Assembly (NCBI RefSeq): GCF_001186125.1
Contig: NW_014040490.1
Coordinates: 16,840 to 65,997, forward strand
DNA from: Sphaeroforma arctica JP610
Lineage: Eukaryota
Direction of reading: 5' to 3'
DNA: 49,158 nt
The notes below the pieces were generated by a model, which ran no database searches, was not told the DNA's origin, and saw only the letters and a program-made list of their open reading frames with translations. Position numbers and translations under genes: made by a program. Below, piece after piece: positions 23,715-36,000 of the stretch. Numbering within the stretch: the stretch's first letter is position 1; the number at the start of each line of letters is the position of its first letter.

Positions 23715-23965
23715 ATGTATGCCAGCTTTATGCCACAAAATGGCACTCGAGTTTTAGCTCCCACCCGATGGTAGAAGTATATCGTTGTATATTTCGCCCC
23801 GAGCTTCCCCGGCAGTTCGACAACCTCAACTTCTCTTCAACCTTCCCAGAACCTTCACAACGAATATGAAGCTTGTTGTGTATGTAGTCATATCATGATT
23901 TATCCCAAATAGAAACAATAATATTATCCATATACAAAAACTAAATTCTACTCGATGAAAAAGAA
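23715..23965 (-). repeat. Repeat B copy (internally deleted)
   Basis: ttcgccccgagcttc..ggcagttcga and caacgaatatgaagc are shared with 16270-16355. Confidence 0.85.
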
Positions 23966-26429
23966 ACATTTTTAAATTGTTGCAAATTATTTAAGTGAGC
24001 TTTTATTTTGTACGAGTTTTAATGTAGACGCGAAAGCGCCGCGTTTTAGCACTCAATATTGAGTATTAATGCTTGAATTACTTCTGCAATTCATTAGAAG
24101 ACTATCCATATACATATACATGAACAATCCTTCTCTTAGTGGGGGGGGGGGATCTATCATAGAGTTAGGTATCCGTACCCCAAGAGCGAGGTGAATTCAC
24201 ATAGACGAGTTGATTTAAATAAAATTGAGAGATTATATCGAGTACAAAATCAAAAACGAGCCGAAATGGGTTGCAATTAATTTAACAACTGCTTATATAT
24301 TTCAGGAATGAAATCACGAGGGCGAGACTCTAACACTTCGCATTCGTATGCTTAGTATTACAATCCTCTGTCATTTTGATAACCAAAATGTTTAATCACA
24401 CTTTATATTCATTTGTACAATGTGATTGTTATTCCGTGTAGTATGTGTATTTCTAGTAAAGTCTTCTGTGACATCTAAACAATTACAGCTTGGGTGGTGA
24501 TATTCTATCATCGCCCAGTGAGATTCTAACACCTGGAGCCATTATTTCACATATAGAAGTCTTCTTATCTGCTAAAATAAGGTGAGTGGTTTATGTTCTA
24601 CGTTCGATATTTTTCATTAAGGCAAAGCGATCGGATATACATTGTATTTCTGAACCAGGATCAATCAATGCAAGGACTTTATTTCGGTTACAATATACAG
24701 GAAGTATTTCACGCTCATTTAATGAGTCTTTGTATTTTCTTTATAACGGTTGCACCCGGTAGTACCTTCACTTCAACGTAATGTCGGATTTCTTGTCGCA
24801 CGCTTTAAAGTGGTATTCGTTAGCCTTCTCGTGCTAATAACATTTAGCGATATAGTGCTTACAAGTGGGTGCGTATCTGCCATTCTAATAACCGCTAGGG
24901 GTTAGTTGGTACATGTCAAACCCAGACTACTCGCCTGCACACTTCTTCACTTGCTTGTACGGGGGTTCTTTCTCGACATGCACCTCCTTATTAGGTCGCG
25001 TGTTCGGAGGTCAGACTGGTCACATAGTTTCTTACTAATCACCTTCTCCTTCGAGGTTACTCAGTCTACAGAGTATAAGTTGTATACAGTTTGATAAAAC
25101 TGATTCTAAATGAGGTGAATCAAGTGGACTCATGCCCCTGATCTCGTGGCTTGTTCGCGTACTTGCGGAGAAGCTCACTGTACAATCGTTCACGATCATT
25201 ACTGCCAATGTTCATACAGAACACATATATGGTATTAGAGTGTAATGTGGGGGGCTAAGAATAAAGTGCAAATGTATCTAAAGAGGGGTGCGTTCGAATG
25301 AATGAGCTATGATCTCACCCTCAGTTCTATACTGGGTGTTTGTACTAGTGTTCAACCACTTCGGTTGGTCAGGGTAAAAACTCATATGATCAGCATGAGA
25401 AACATTATGCAGAACACTTTAGTACTCTGATATCGAAATTACTGATGATGAAATAGAGAATAACTTTCAAGATGGCATAGACGATAAAGATGTACAGCCA
25501 AAATACGCTTGTGATGGACAGACACAACATACGCGGCCTACTACAATCATTACGGCCAACCAAAGGAATATAATTGCCAAGTATGATCAAGACAAAGCTA
25601 TCATAAAAAATATTCAGAGGCAGTCGACAAAGAACTGAGCATTTCTAGCGAATCAAATTATTTTCGGCAAAGCATGAACTGCATGAAAGTAACCTAGGCC
25701 AATACCAAACCCCAAACGTAAATAACAGTTAATTCAATGTGAATATCGAAGCTAAGATGTCCATTGTGGTGGTCGAGCCTATTTTTAAACCAGCATTCAA
25801 CCAATACGTTGAACAGAAAACTATAGGACATAAACCACAGAATAGTGTATAGGCTTTCAGAGATTCAAGTGAAGTACCACCAACAGTTACTTCAAAGTGC
25901 CGTTTTCAAATCCTTAAGTATTGCTGATTCACGAAGCACACCTAACTTAAAATAAATAGAAAATACCACTACGTTTCCGTCAATACTGTCTCGTTGGATC
26001 ACGCTTACAATATCTAATGTCCAAGCGCTATATATACGGTGTTCGGAATGTACCAGAATTCTCCTAGCTCACAGTCCTGATTGCAAGTAATCTTAATCAG
26101 GAGCCAACGGTCGAATAGCTAAGACAATTCTCAGGTAGGCTTGTGGAACTTGAACTCGTCATACGGCAGGCGCTTCACGACTGATGCGATGAAACAGAGA
26201 ACAAACAATGTGCCATATATTATGACTCTATTGTTTGCAAACAAACTGATACACGAGTTGCATGACAACGGTTCAGTTTCGTCAGAGTCATTTCCTTGGA
26301 TTGAAATTCCATCTGGTAAGTTTCTCTCTCTATGCTATTTGGTATTTATTTTGTATAGGTTTTATAAGGTACTTTGCTTGCTGTGTATATCTACATAATG
26401 GCAAAATGTTATATCACTTTACTTTAGAT

Positions 26430-26800
26430 CCAGCCAGAAGGGGAACTATCTAAATCACTTCCGGCGCGTAGACTTGCCTAGCATACAGCTTCTGATTTTC
26501 ATCGCAAATCCTGATTATGTTCATTGGTCCCCTGTGGTGTTGGAGATGAATTAGCAACTGGTAGATCCTTGCATGCTAGTGTATATTCTGGATAGCTTAT
26601 ATGGTTCAACGACATCATGCTACAATAAGCAAAAGATTGAGTCTACCCTTAATTTTAATCGGTCTAGCGAGAATTCACTTACATTAGCCCCTCAAATCCA
26701 CATTGAGGTATCAAACCAAGACAATTTCGACTGCGGTGTGCACACACTTGTTAATTTGCAAAATTAATTAGTAAATCCACGCCAATTCCTAGATCAGCCC
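26430..26800 (+). pseudogene. Ulp1/SENP-type (peptidase C48) cysteine protease domain with in-frame stops
   Basis: One frame carries HW (26522), VYILDSL (26591) and QDNFDCGVHTL (Cys 26732). TAG at 26552. GTAAGT...TTTAG intron at about 26316-26428. Confidence 0.8.
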
Positions 26801-27144
26801 GTTGAATCAACTACTCAAGATATATATAGCGAGAGAGCACCAATTCACTCATTCTTCAACTTCTGTTGGAATGCAGTGAAGAAAGATCGGGCCTCTAGGG
26901 ATAGTGAGACTACATTCGAAGATGTTGCTGTCGAATCAAACGGTTTTCACATCTTGGAGAAAGATAAGAGCAAATCCAACTTTGTGGACCAGAACCGGGA
27001 TTCCAAATGTACGAGAGAGACCATAGATGACAACATCAATTTGTGTGCCGATTCAGGAGCAAGATGTGGTGAATACGCGTCAATAACTACATGTCAACGT
27101 ACTCCCCTCTACAAAGGTAAGTCGTTCGTTATTTATTGAATATT

Positions 27145-28286
27145 AACTGATTATCTTTTGGTTCATCGGGTCATGTGTCTAATTTGCATTATAAACCCTA
27201 AACTGGGTTTATGCCCAATACTTAAAATAACCCCTAAATAAACCCTATTGAGTATACCTCACAGTTTTTAAGGTTTATCATTATTGCGGATGCCGAAGCA
27301 AGATCACCCGTGACGAGTCGCGCCAGTTGTGCCCATAGTTGCCTTAAACAAAGTGATTTTGTGGAGCGCGGAGATCAGTATGACCCAAAACCCACCGTGA
27401 GGTTTTCTTTTAGAGCCCATTTGTCAAGCTTCTCGGAGCACAAGTTGATATATGCGCCACAGGTGCAATCTATTAAGCACTCCAAACACAAAGAATGGCT
27501 TGCTCATATATGTACCTTATATATAAAAATTCCAAACGTAAGCTCGACATTTTGCTCCGACAGTATTATAATGTAAAGTGTTTAGTTGGAGTCTACGGTG
27601 TCTTTTACCCTGGAAAAACTTATTTCGCTGTTTCTAATAGTAAAACAATCACCACCCCAAGGCACATTTTGGCGTGTTTTGGCGTGTTTTGGCGCTTATA
27701 GAGGCGTATTCCCAAGGACTCCTTAGATGTTGGCTGGTGTGATCGTGGGTAAGCCGAAAGTTTCAGGTTTTTTCTGCAGCTGGGCTACGTTGATCCTAAA
27801 AGCGGACGTTGGTGCTTTCTCCCTCCCCGCCTTTTTTTTTTTGGCTTTGCAGCCACCTCATTGGTCTTGGTGAGTAGGCCAGTGTTCTTCTCCGTCTCTG
27901 GTGAAGAGTTCTCTTGTTGGTTTGGGTGTTGATAGTTTCTTCGTTGGTAGTACGGGTTCCCTCGGTGTCCATGACGGATGGTATTGCGCAATTTTTTTGG
28001 TCGGGTTGTAACTGCAGTTGTGCATCCTCGTGGGACTCGGAACTCTCATATATACTGTGGTGTTATTTATCGACTTCACCCATTGGCTCATCGATTCCCT
28101 CTTTTACAAAAAATTTGTAAAATCTTCATGATTTAACTGCAAAAGCATTTGCGCCGTAAGCGCATAACAACTGATTATCTTTTGGTTTATCGGGTCATGT
28201 GTCTGATTTGGATCATAAACCCTAAACTGGGTTTATGTCGTCCAATTCTTAAAATATACCGTAAATAAAACCTAATGGGTATATCT
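27145..28286 (-). mobile_element. ~1.14 kb segment bounded by ~115-bp direct repeats (27145-27259, 28169-28286)
   Basis: aactgattatcttttggtt.atcgggtcatgtgtct...ataaaccctaaactgggtttatg is duplicated. The interior has broken minus-strand frames including KPKKKRRGGRKHQR. Confidence 0.6.
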
Positions 28287-28834
28287 GACCACAAAGATCT
28301 ACGACAGGATCAGAATCCGAGACGGATATGTTTCTGAATGATGGTAGTATCTCAATAGAGCAGCTGTATGAATACGACAATGATCAGAACAAACAGAGAA
28401 GCACGAGTTGGTCTGAGCTCAATGAAACGCCAGGGCGGCAGGATGACCTCCCGAGTAGAGAACTCGTGAATAAACTTACCCACAGATTTTAAATCAGCTC
28501 TAAAAGAGAGAGAGGGTGAAGGTGCTAGCACGTGTTATTCCGTCTATGACAAGAAATAAAAGATCAACATTTTTAGAGGGGTTTCTCCAGGATGACATCG
28601 CCGACTCCAATAACATTCAGTTTTTACAGCGTGCTTCTGCACTTTTGGTCAATTACACTCTCCCCCAGTGTATGTGTGTAAATTTTCACGGATCATCCAT
28701 TGGTTTTTTTCTCGGGTGGGGGGTGGAAAAAAACAAAAACAAAACAAAAACAAAACAAAACGGGGTAATTGGAAAACGTAGCGTCGGACCCCAGTAGACG
28801 TACGTTACTATTCACTACCCCGCTAGAGGGTGGT

Positions 28835-29260
28835 GGATAGAGATAATATTATTTATTTCAATTTGGATAAAGTTTTATATGTCTACACGTACATCAGGCT
28901 TCATATTAGTTGGTGAGGTTTTGGGAAAATTGAAGGGAAGTTGAGATTGTCGAACTGCCGCGAGAAGCTCGGGGCGAGTGATGCAACGATGGAAGACATT
29001 CGATGCGTTAGTTCACGACGATGGTTACATAATACCTCTATCATTAAGTGAGAACTAAAACCTGTGCGCCATTGCGTGGTATAAAGCTGGCCCACCTTTG
29101 TAGTGGTAATATGGGCTCAGTCGGTCTGAGATATTTTGAACGTGATACCAAGGAGAGTGAGGATGTCATCCGCAATTCTGTTTCGGAGCGGAGTTGGGGG
29201 CTGTCCGATACCACACCACACAACTGATGTATTGGAATATCCTGGCTAGCCAAAGCGGGA
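28835..29260 (+). repeat. Repeat B copy
   Basis: Collinear with 30740-31115 and inverted relative to 16040-16390. Confidence 0.9.
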
Positions 29261-29319
29261 TTGGGGTACCTCCAGTAACTTTATAGCAGTTTGCAGAATT
29301 GTTTTTCGATCCAATGTCA

Positions 29320-30715
29320 AATTATTTGTCACCAAGCTGAGACTTAAATACATCATATCTGCGCAATGTCGCGCGTGAATCTAAACCCGCCAACATAGGG
29401 TGTAGGTTAAATAGTAAAATAGCTACCTTTACACAATTCATAGAATACAGTCAACTGATGACCTGGATTGATTAGGGGTTAAGTTCATATTTCTGCATCA
29501 AGAACTCGGTACCTGTATAGCGGTTCCAAGAAATATTTTTCTTTCCAAAGTCAAAAAATTTCATACATCACACTACATAATATTGTGTGCCAATGCTCTT
29601 AAAACCAACAGCATATGTTGTATATCAAATAGTTATTTAGCCAACTTCGTTGATGAGAACAAGCAATTTTTGAAAATTGGCGTGACCGAGTGTAATTGTT
29701 TTTCTACTGACGGAATAGCGCAATTTTATATCTAAAATACGATTCAGTCCACTCAAATAGATCAGTCACGGGGCAAAGCTACGCGCACACGTCAAATTTA
29801 TACTCGATCTATCAAATCGAAGGCGATGACTTACGCCAGGTACTTCACGAACGAGTAGCCGTTAAATCTAGCTATATTGTATTAGAGGAAAACTTAGCAG
29901 ATTCGAGCACTGCTTTGGGCCATTTGTAATTGTTTTAATTTTCAAGACGAACCGTGTAGTTATACTGGTGCTAAACACTGACAAAGAAAGGAGAGTTGAT
30001 TAATTTAGAATATAGGGGGTTCTAGAGGCTTAGATCGACAATAGCTGATTGAGAAAGTGGAAAATCCTAGCATAGCAATGCAATGAATTTTCTGCTGAAA
30101 ATCATATCAGGCTACGGACCCAAAGTTATGAGCTCACGTCAATTTGTTGTACAACAATTTAGGAAATTGAAAACGACGATTTTAGCTAGATATTTTTTTT
30201 CTTGGACGGATCTACCATAACGATGGCAGCTTAGCCTGTACATCTAGGTGCAGTGAATATATAGTAAAATTTAGCAGACTTTTGACTTCTCATGACAAAT
30301 ATGTAGCTACACTTATAGCGGATCACATAATTATTTTTCGTTTTAAAGTCAAAGTATTTGTCACCAAGCTGCGACTAAAATACAACACATCGTCACAGTA
30401 TCGCGTGCGAGGTCCAAACCGACAACATACGGTGCATATCAAATAGTAGAACAGTCAATTTAGTTAACTTAGTTGATGAAAACAAACAATAGAAGATCTG
30501 CGTGAGCGAGTGTGATCGTGCTTCTACTTGTGAAATCCTATATTTTTCAATATGGAACTGTTTGGTGCACTCAAATGGATCAGTCACGGGTACAAAGCTA
30601 CGAGCACACATCAAATTTGTACGCGATCTATCAAATAGATGACGATGATTTACGCCAGATATCTCACAGACAAGCAGATGTTAAATCTAGGAGTATTGTA
30701 TGAGAGGAAAATATA
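29320..30715 (+). repeat. Repeat C patchwork
   Basis: 29320-29890 resembles 30350-30715, and 29895-30315 resembles 31210-31670. Confidence 0.85.
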
Positions 30716-30739
30716 GGGATAATATCATTTTTTACAATT

Positions 30740-31670
30740 TGGGTACATGTCTACATTCACTTCAGGCTTTTCAGGCTTCATTAGTTAAGATTGTCGAACA
30801 GTCGCGGAAAGCTCGGGGGCGAGTGATGTAGTGATGGATGACATACGGTGCGTTATTTCGCAACGATGGATACATTACAAAACACCTATATCATTGGGTG
30901 AGAACTAAAACTTCTTCTAAGTTTTAGTGTGAAATAAAGCTGGCCCATACTCGTAGTGGTAATATGGGCTGAGTCAGTCTGAGTATCTTTGAATGTGATA
31001 TTAAGAAGGACAAATTTGTCATTCGCAATTCTGGTTCAGAGTGAATTTGTAGGCTGCCGGATAACACACCAAAAAACTGATGTATTTGGAATGTCCTGGT
31101 TAGTCATAGCGGGAAATATCATAGGCGGTACCAGAATTCTCGAAGATGTTTGTATCGAAATCTGGAAATAGCACTTCAGCAGAGCAATTGAACAGTTTAA
31201 TTAAGTGGCCAGGATCGAGCACCGCTGTGGACCATTTATTGAATTTTGATTTTTCATGACAAACAGATATAGTTATACTGGTGCTGAGCACACGCAAAGC
31301 AAGGAGAGGTGGGTCTAAATCAGTTGACAAATCAGCTGACAAATTCAGAATATAGGAGTTTTTGAGGTTTATATCGATAATAGCTGGCTAAAAAAAGTGG
31401 GAAATGCACGGACATCGTTTCTAGCATAACAATACAATATATGTTATGCTGAAAATCTATATCAGGATACGGGCCCAAAGTTATGCAGTCACGTCAATTT
31501 GATAAACAACAATTTAGGGAATCGAAAACGACGATTTTAGCCAGGAGTTTCACGGACGGATCTACCTTCAATTACGATGGCAGAGTGCCCTGGAAATCTT
31601 GATGTGGTGTATGAATAGTAAAATTTAGCAGACTTTTGACTTCTCATTACAACAATGTAGCTATACTGGT
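30740..31670 (+). repeat. Repeat B running directly into repeat C
   Basis: B homology covers 30740-31190. It is followed by tcgagcac...agttatactggtgct...cccaaagttatg...atagtaaaatttagcagacttttgacttctcat, shared with 29900-30295. Confidence 0.9.
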
Positions 31671-31827
31671 GGAAGCAAGGGCAAGCCTAATTCAGTTGAC
31701 AATATTAGTTAACATGATATATTGAATTGTTCAAGGCTTTGATGGCAATTGCGAAGCAGACAATGTATGGATATGTGTACGCAGAACAGTACAATCATTA
31801 TTCTGTTGAGAACCACACAGAGTACAA

Positions 31828-32052
<225 letters not shown>

Positions 32053-33045
32053 CTTTTGTGTGCATGTATACTTCACTTACAATTGTAAACTCGTCTGCAG
32101 TAATTAATATGCGTATTATAATCATAAATTCGTATGTAGATACATATACAAGTGTGGAATACAATAAATATCACGAATCTTAGGGCAGCCATATGGGGTT
32201 GTGACATTCTTACCCTATGATATTTCGGAACTGTATTGTGGTTTGGGGCTTGATATTGCGGGACATTTTGAAGCGTATTATAGATAGCTCACTATACAAG
32301 GTAAAAACATTCTTAGAGGCTTCACTTGTGTTTGTCGGATTTCGTTCATTCGAGATATAAATTATCTACTAGGAGGTTTCACAGTGGACGACTGTCCGGC
32401 TTCAGGATCTCAAGCCAAATGGTACACTATGTTTACGTTTACTATCAAACTAGTGCGGATAGGTTTCGGGTTTGAGTCGAAAATGTTTATTTATCAGTCA
32501 GCTAATGTAGTTAGAATAAACGGGGTATAAACACAGGATAGTTTACCTACGCATATGTTTATACAACGATAATATACACAAATATGCATGACGACCGATA
32601 GAGGCGCGATGGTATTCTTCAAAGAACTTGTCTTTGCCCAGCCAAATAACACCCATTGCTGCTGATTTAATTGTACGCCGAAGACATTAAGAGTAATTGA
32701 ATCCTTAGTTTAACACTGATCGCACAATGTATCGGCATAGTATAAATTCCAATCGAATTTATCAGTATGATAGTCTCGGCACTTTCGCAATATGCGTACA
32801 CAAGGGTCAATAAATTGCGAGTCGTTGTTTAATAGCATAGTTGGGGTGTGTTTACCCTAAATTATATTTCTAAATTGTTGTTTTAGTACATTCTTTTACT
32901 TCAAGTCGGGGGTTATACGTACATCACACTGGTACATGTATTTAGTTCATCCATTGATGCGTTATTTTCCAGATCTCTGGGACAATGGGTTGAGATCGAC
33001 TGAGGGCAATATCTTACTTGTTGTTGTACAGGGTTATCGATTGCC

Positions 33046-36000
33046 TTAGTAATAGTTTCTTGATGCGCCGACTGTAGTTGTAGAAAATTGAAGGACATTA
33101 GGAAGGCGAAGTAGATTTTGGTATGTTGTATGCGTGTGTGCAACTAAATCAAACTGGGATATAAAGTGGTGAAGAATGCGTGCTACAAGTTTCCGAGTGG
33201 CTCGATCACTATTTGATTTAGTACGGATAACGGTTTTTATGCATATACTTTTAGGCATACATATATTGATACTACGTTATAGACAAAGAAAATGAGAAAT
33301 CACAGTGACGTTTCCATAATATACTCCAATGCAGGTGCTGAAGATCTTATCAGTGACAGTAAAGAGTGGCATACGATCTTCGGAATAATAGCGGATTGTT
33401 TCGGATATCAAAGTGTATTTGGACTACGCGCACTAAGATTAATTGACACGAGGGAAGGTGTGTCTTTATAACGTACCTCAGATCTTCATCGCTCTGTAAG
33501 ACAGACTCCAAATCAATCCGTAAGCATTGCACCGCTTGAGCACTTGATTTCCCAGCACCATCCTCGAAATTGATGAGATCTCGAAGCACACTATTCCAAA
33601 GTTCAACGCGCCATGTACTATAAAGGGAGGTTGTGTCCTTTTCCGAGTAAGTGGTCACGATTCACCCGATACATGTATAGAATACATGTTGTGCGCGCAC
33701 ACTAATTTTGTGAGAGGGCACACGTTTCCACAAATAAGTGTTTACAATTCATTTAACTAATAAAAAGTATGAACGATGTAAAGTGAGCATACTGCCACGT
33801 GTGAAGGGTTTAGCAGTATACATCGGTTTGCGGCGGCAACAACGATTGAAAAAATAAATAAATAAAAAAGGGGCTTTAAGGTTTATATACCTCGGAACAA
33901 CTGTAGACGGCATCCATTGCTTGCCTACATTCTTCAGGGCCAGGCCGGACCCATGCATCAGTTTGTGAATGGTATTGGCCACATCGAACATGTCGACCTG
34001 AGAAAGTACGATGAATAGTATCTTAGAAAGTGAAATATAGACTAAAAAATTCCGACGGGATGTCTAAATAGGCCAATAGATCTATATACACGATGTCTGC
34101 CGACGAAGGGATTATAATTCCTTATTCTGCTTGTACCTTCGCGTGTGTACTAGGTAACCGCACGCTCAGAATCCAGGGGATTCAAAAATTTCATGCGATC
34201 TCTCAAACTAGGCGCTCAACTGGTCCGTGCGTATTCCGTGCACACACCACACATTCACCCGCTCTAGGGTTGAATTCTATGAAGACATCAGCTCGGGTGA
34301 GAAAATTTCGGAAGCTTGGGCACGCAAGTACTCAGTCCAGCTAACACTGGTGACTGGATTCTCACTCAAACACGCTGACATGCACGCATGATTACAGAAA
34401 GCTTGATTACACACCTCGTACGACCACTCCTCTCGGTTGGGGATTGATCCCCAGCGTGGCATCGGCCCGGTGAATTTTGTGCCGTTGGAGAAAAGATTCA
34501 TATCGATACCTTTGCTGAGGTCCTCCAGAAAAAGCCCATGGTCTTCCCATCCTCCCGAACCATCGGCATCCCAAACATCGCTAAGTGACATCCTGATGTG
34601 CATGTAAGATGGTATTGGTGGCGATTCAGCTATTGATTGGGCGTATAACAAGGATATAAACATCACAACTATAAAGAACACCGCACCATTGATATCCTTT
34701 CGAGTGGGGGTACGTATGTAAGTTGAAAAATCATCTTACAATGCTTCCATGTAAAATTCCAAAGCCCGAGTGAGCTGGCAGGCTTGTACTTATTATTCGC
34801 CAGTATGCAACTCAGCAGAATGTACGTTTAACGCCCGCTGTAAGACTCAAGGATAGCATACAGGTGTACACAGGAAGGAATGAGGGCCACTTCCAGCTAT
34901 ACAGAAAGGAGTGAAAGTGGTTGAACACCACTCACATGTTTCCGTGGCGGAGAAGTATTTTATCCGAGCAGAATCCATTGATGACAATTTGGTTGGAATG
35001 CAAGATTTGTACGGCTTTGAGAAGCTCGATCGTGTAGAAGAGAACCATGGCTTCTTCCAAGGGCTCACCGGTGGAGTGAGTGGAGTTGATAAGGTCCTAG
35101 AAGTGAGTGAATGGGAGTTTAGACCGATGCACTAAGTTATGTGTTGTCCACCTCAGAGATGATGTAGCGTGCTGCTCAAGAACTGTGAACTAGTCTCGTA
35201 TCAAACGGTGAGTATATTGCAGAATGCGAACTAGTACGTATCCACGTGTAATACCAACAGTGAATAGACTGGTATCTAAACCCACAAAATAATACTAGGT
35301 GAGATTGAAATCTCTTACTGCATCGCAATGGAAAGCAAATACCGCCAGTAGACTTACCTGGATTGTACAGTAATCAGAGTGGGCGGTCGTGTACATATGC
35401 GCGTTGCGATATACGTGATAGGTTGTCATCCAAGGGATCGCCTTGTATCCACTCTGCAAATTGAAGCAAAATATGATACATACTCCGCTATTAGAAACTT
35501 CAAGTATGCAGCAGACTTTAAACTCTAAATTCGGATATTGGACTACCGTCTCCGTGATTGCGTTGAGCCATAATGCATGCAGAATACATCATAACATTCG
35601 CAAATACTTGAATACATGCCCATGGGCGAATCAAAGTGGTACACGAAATGAAAGCAAATGTTCGGAAGGGATCCGTCGCCCTCACCTGTTGTGGAGACGT
35701 TTCAAATCTGGAATAAAATGTCCGTGATAGATAGAATTCCCATGTTGACGGTGATGGCGACACCTGCGATGGGGATAAGTTGTACGGAGGGTGGTGTATC
35801 GTTAGTTGGTAGAGCAGCAAAAATCCAGTAAATATCGCGAAAAGGACGACTACAAGGGATACTCGTGCCAAGCCTTTAAGCGGTAAATGTATGCAAATGC
35901 CAATAGTGTAGTCTAAAATAGCAAGACCGAGCTCTTGGCACCGTGGGACAATAATCTCGTTGAAAACAGAAGTAAGTAGGCATTCGCTACTGAGATAGCC

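Larger units (their letters stand above)
24488..28660 (+). mobile_element. Decayed intron-containing Mutator-like (MULE) element remnant
   Basis: Degenerate SWIM finger (ACT.SSLACTGVLSRHA, 24933-24982), a YTGSISRSFN segment at the MULE catalytic-Glu motif position, and a downstream Ulp1 domain. SWIM plus Ulp1 is a known MULE architecture. No TIRs found. Confidence 0.5.

Noticed and set aside
34277..34681. Secreted protein ORF with signal peptide
   Set aside because: The N-terminus is intronic. 34415-34592 is a Bub1 kinase exon.
35518..35871. Type II membrane protein ORF
   Set aside because: The hydrophobic start is intron sequence. Only 35686-35763 is a Bub1 kinase exon.
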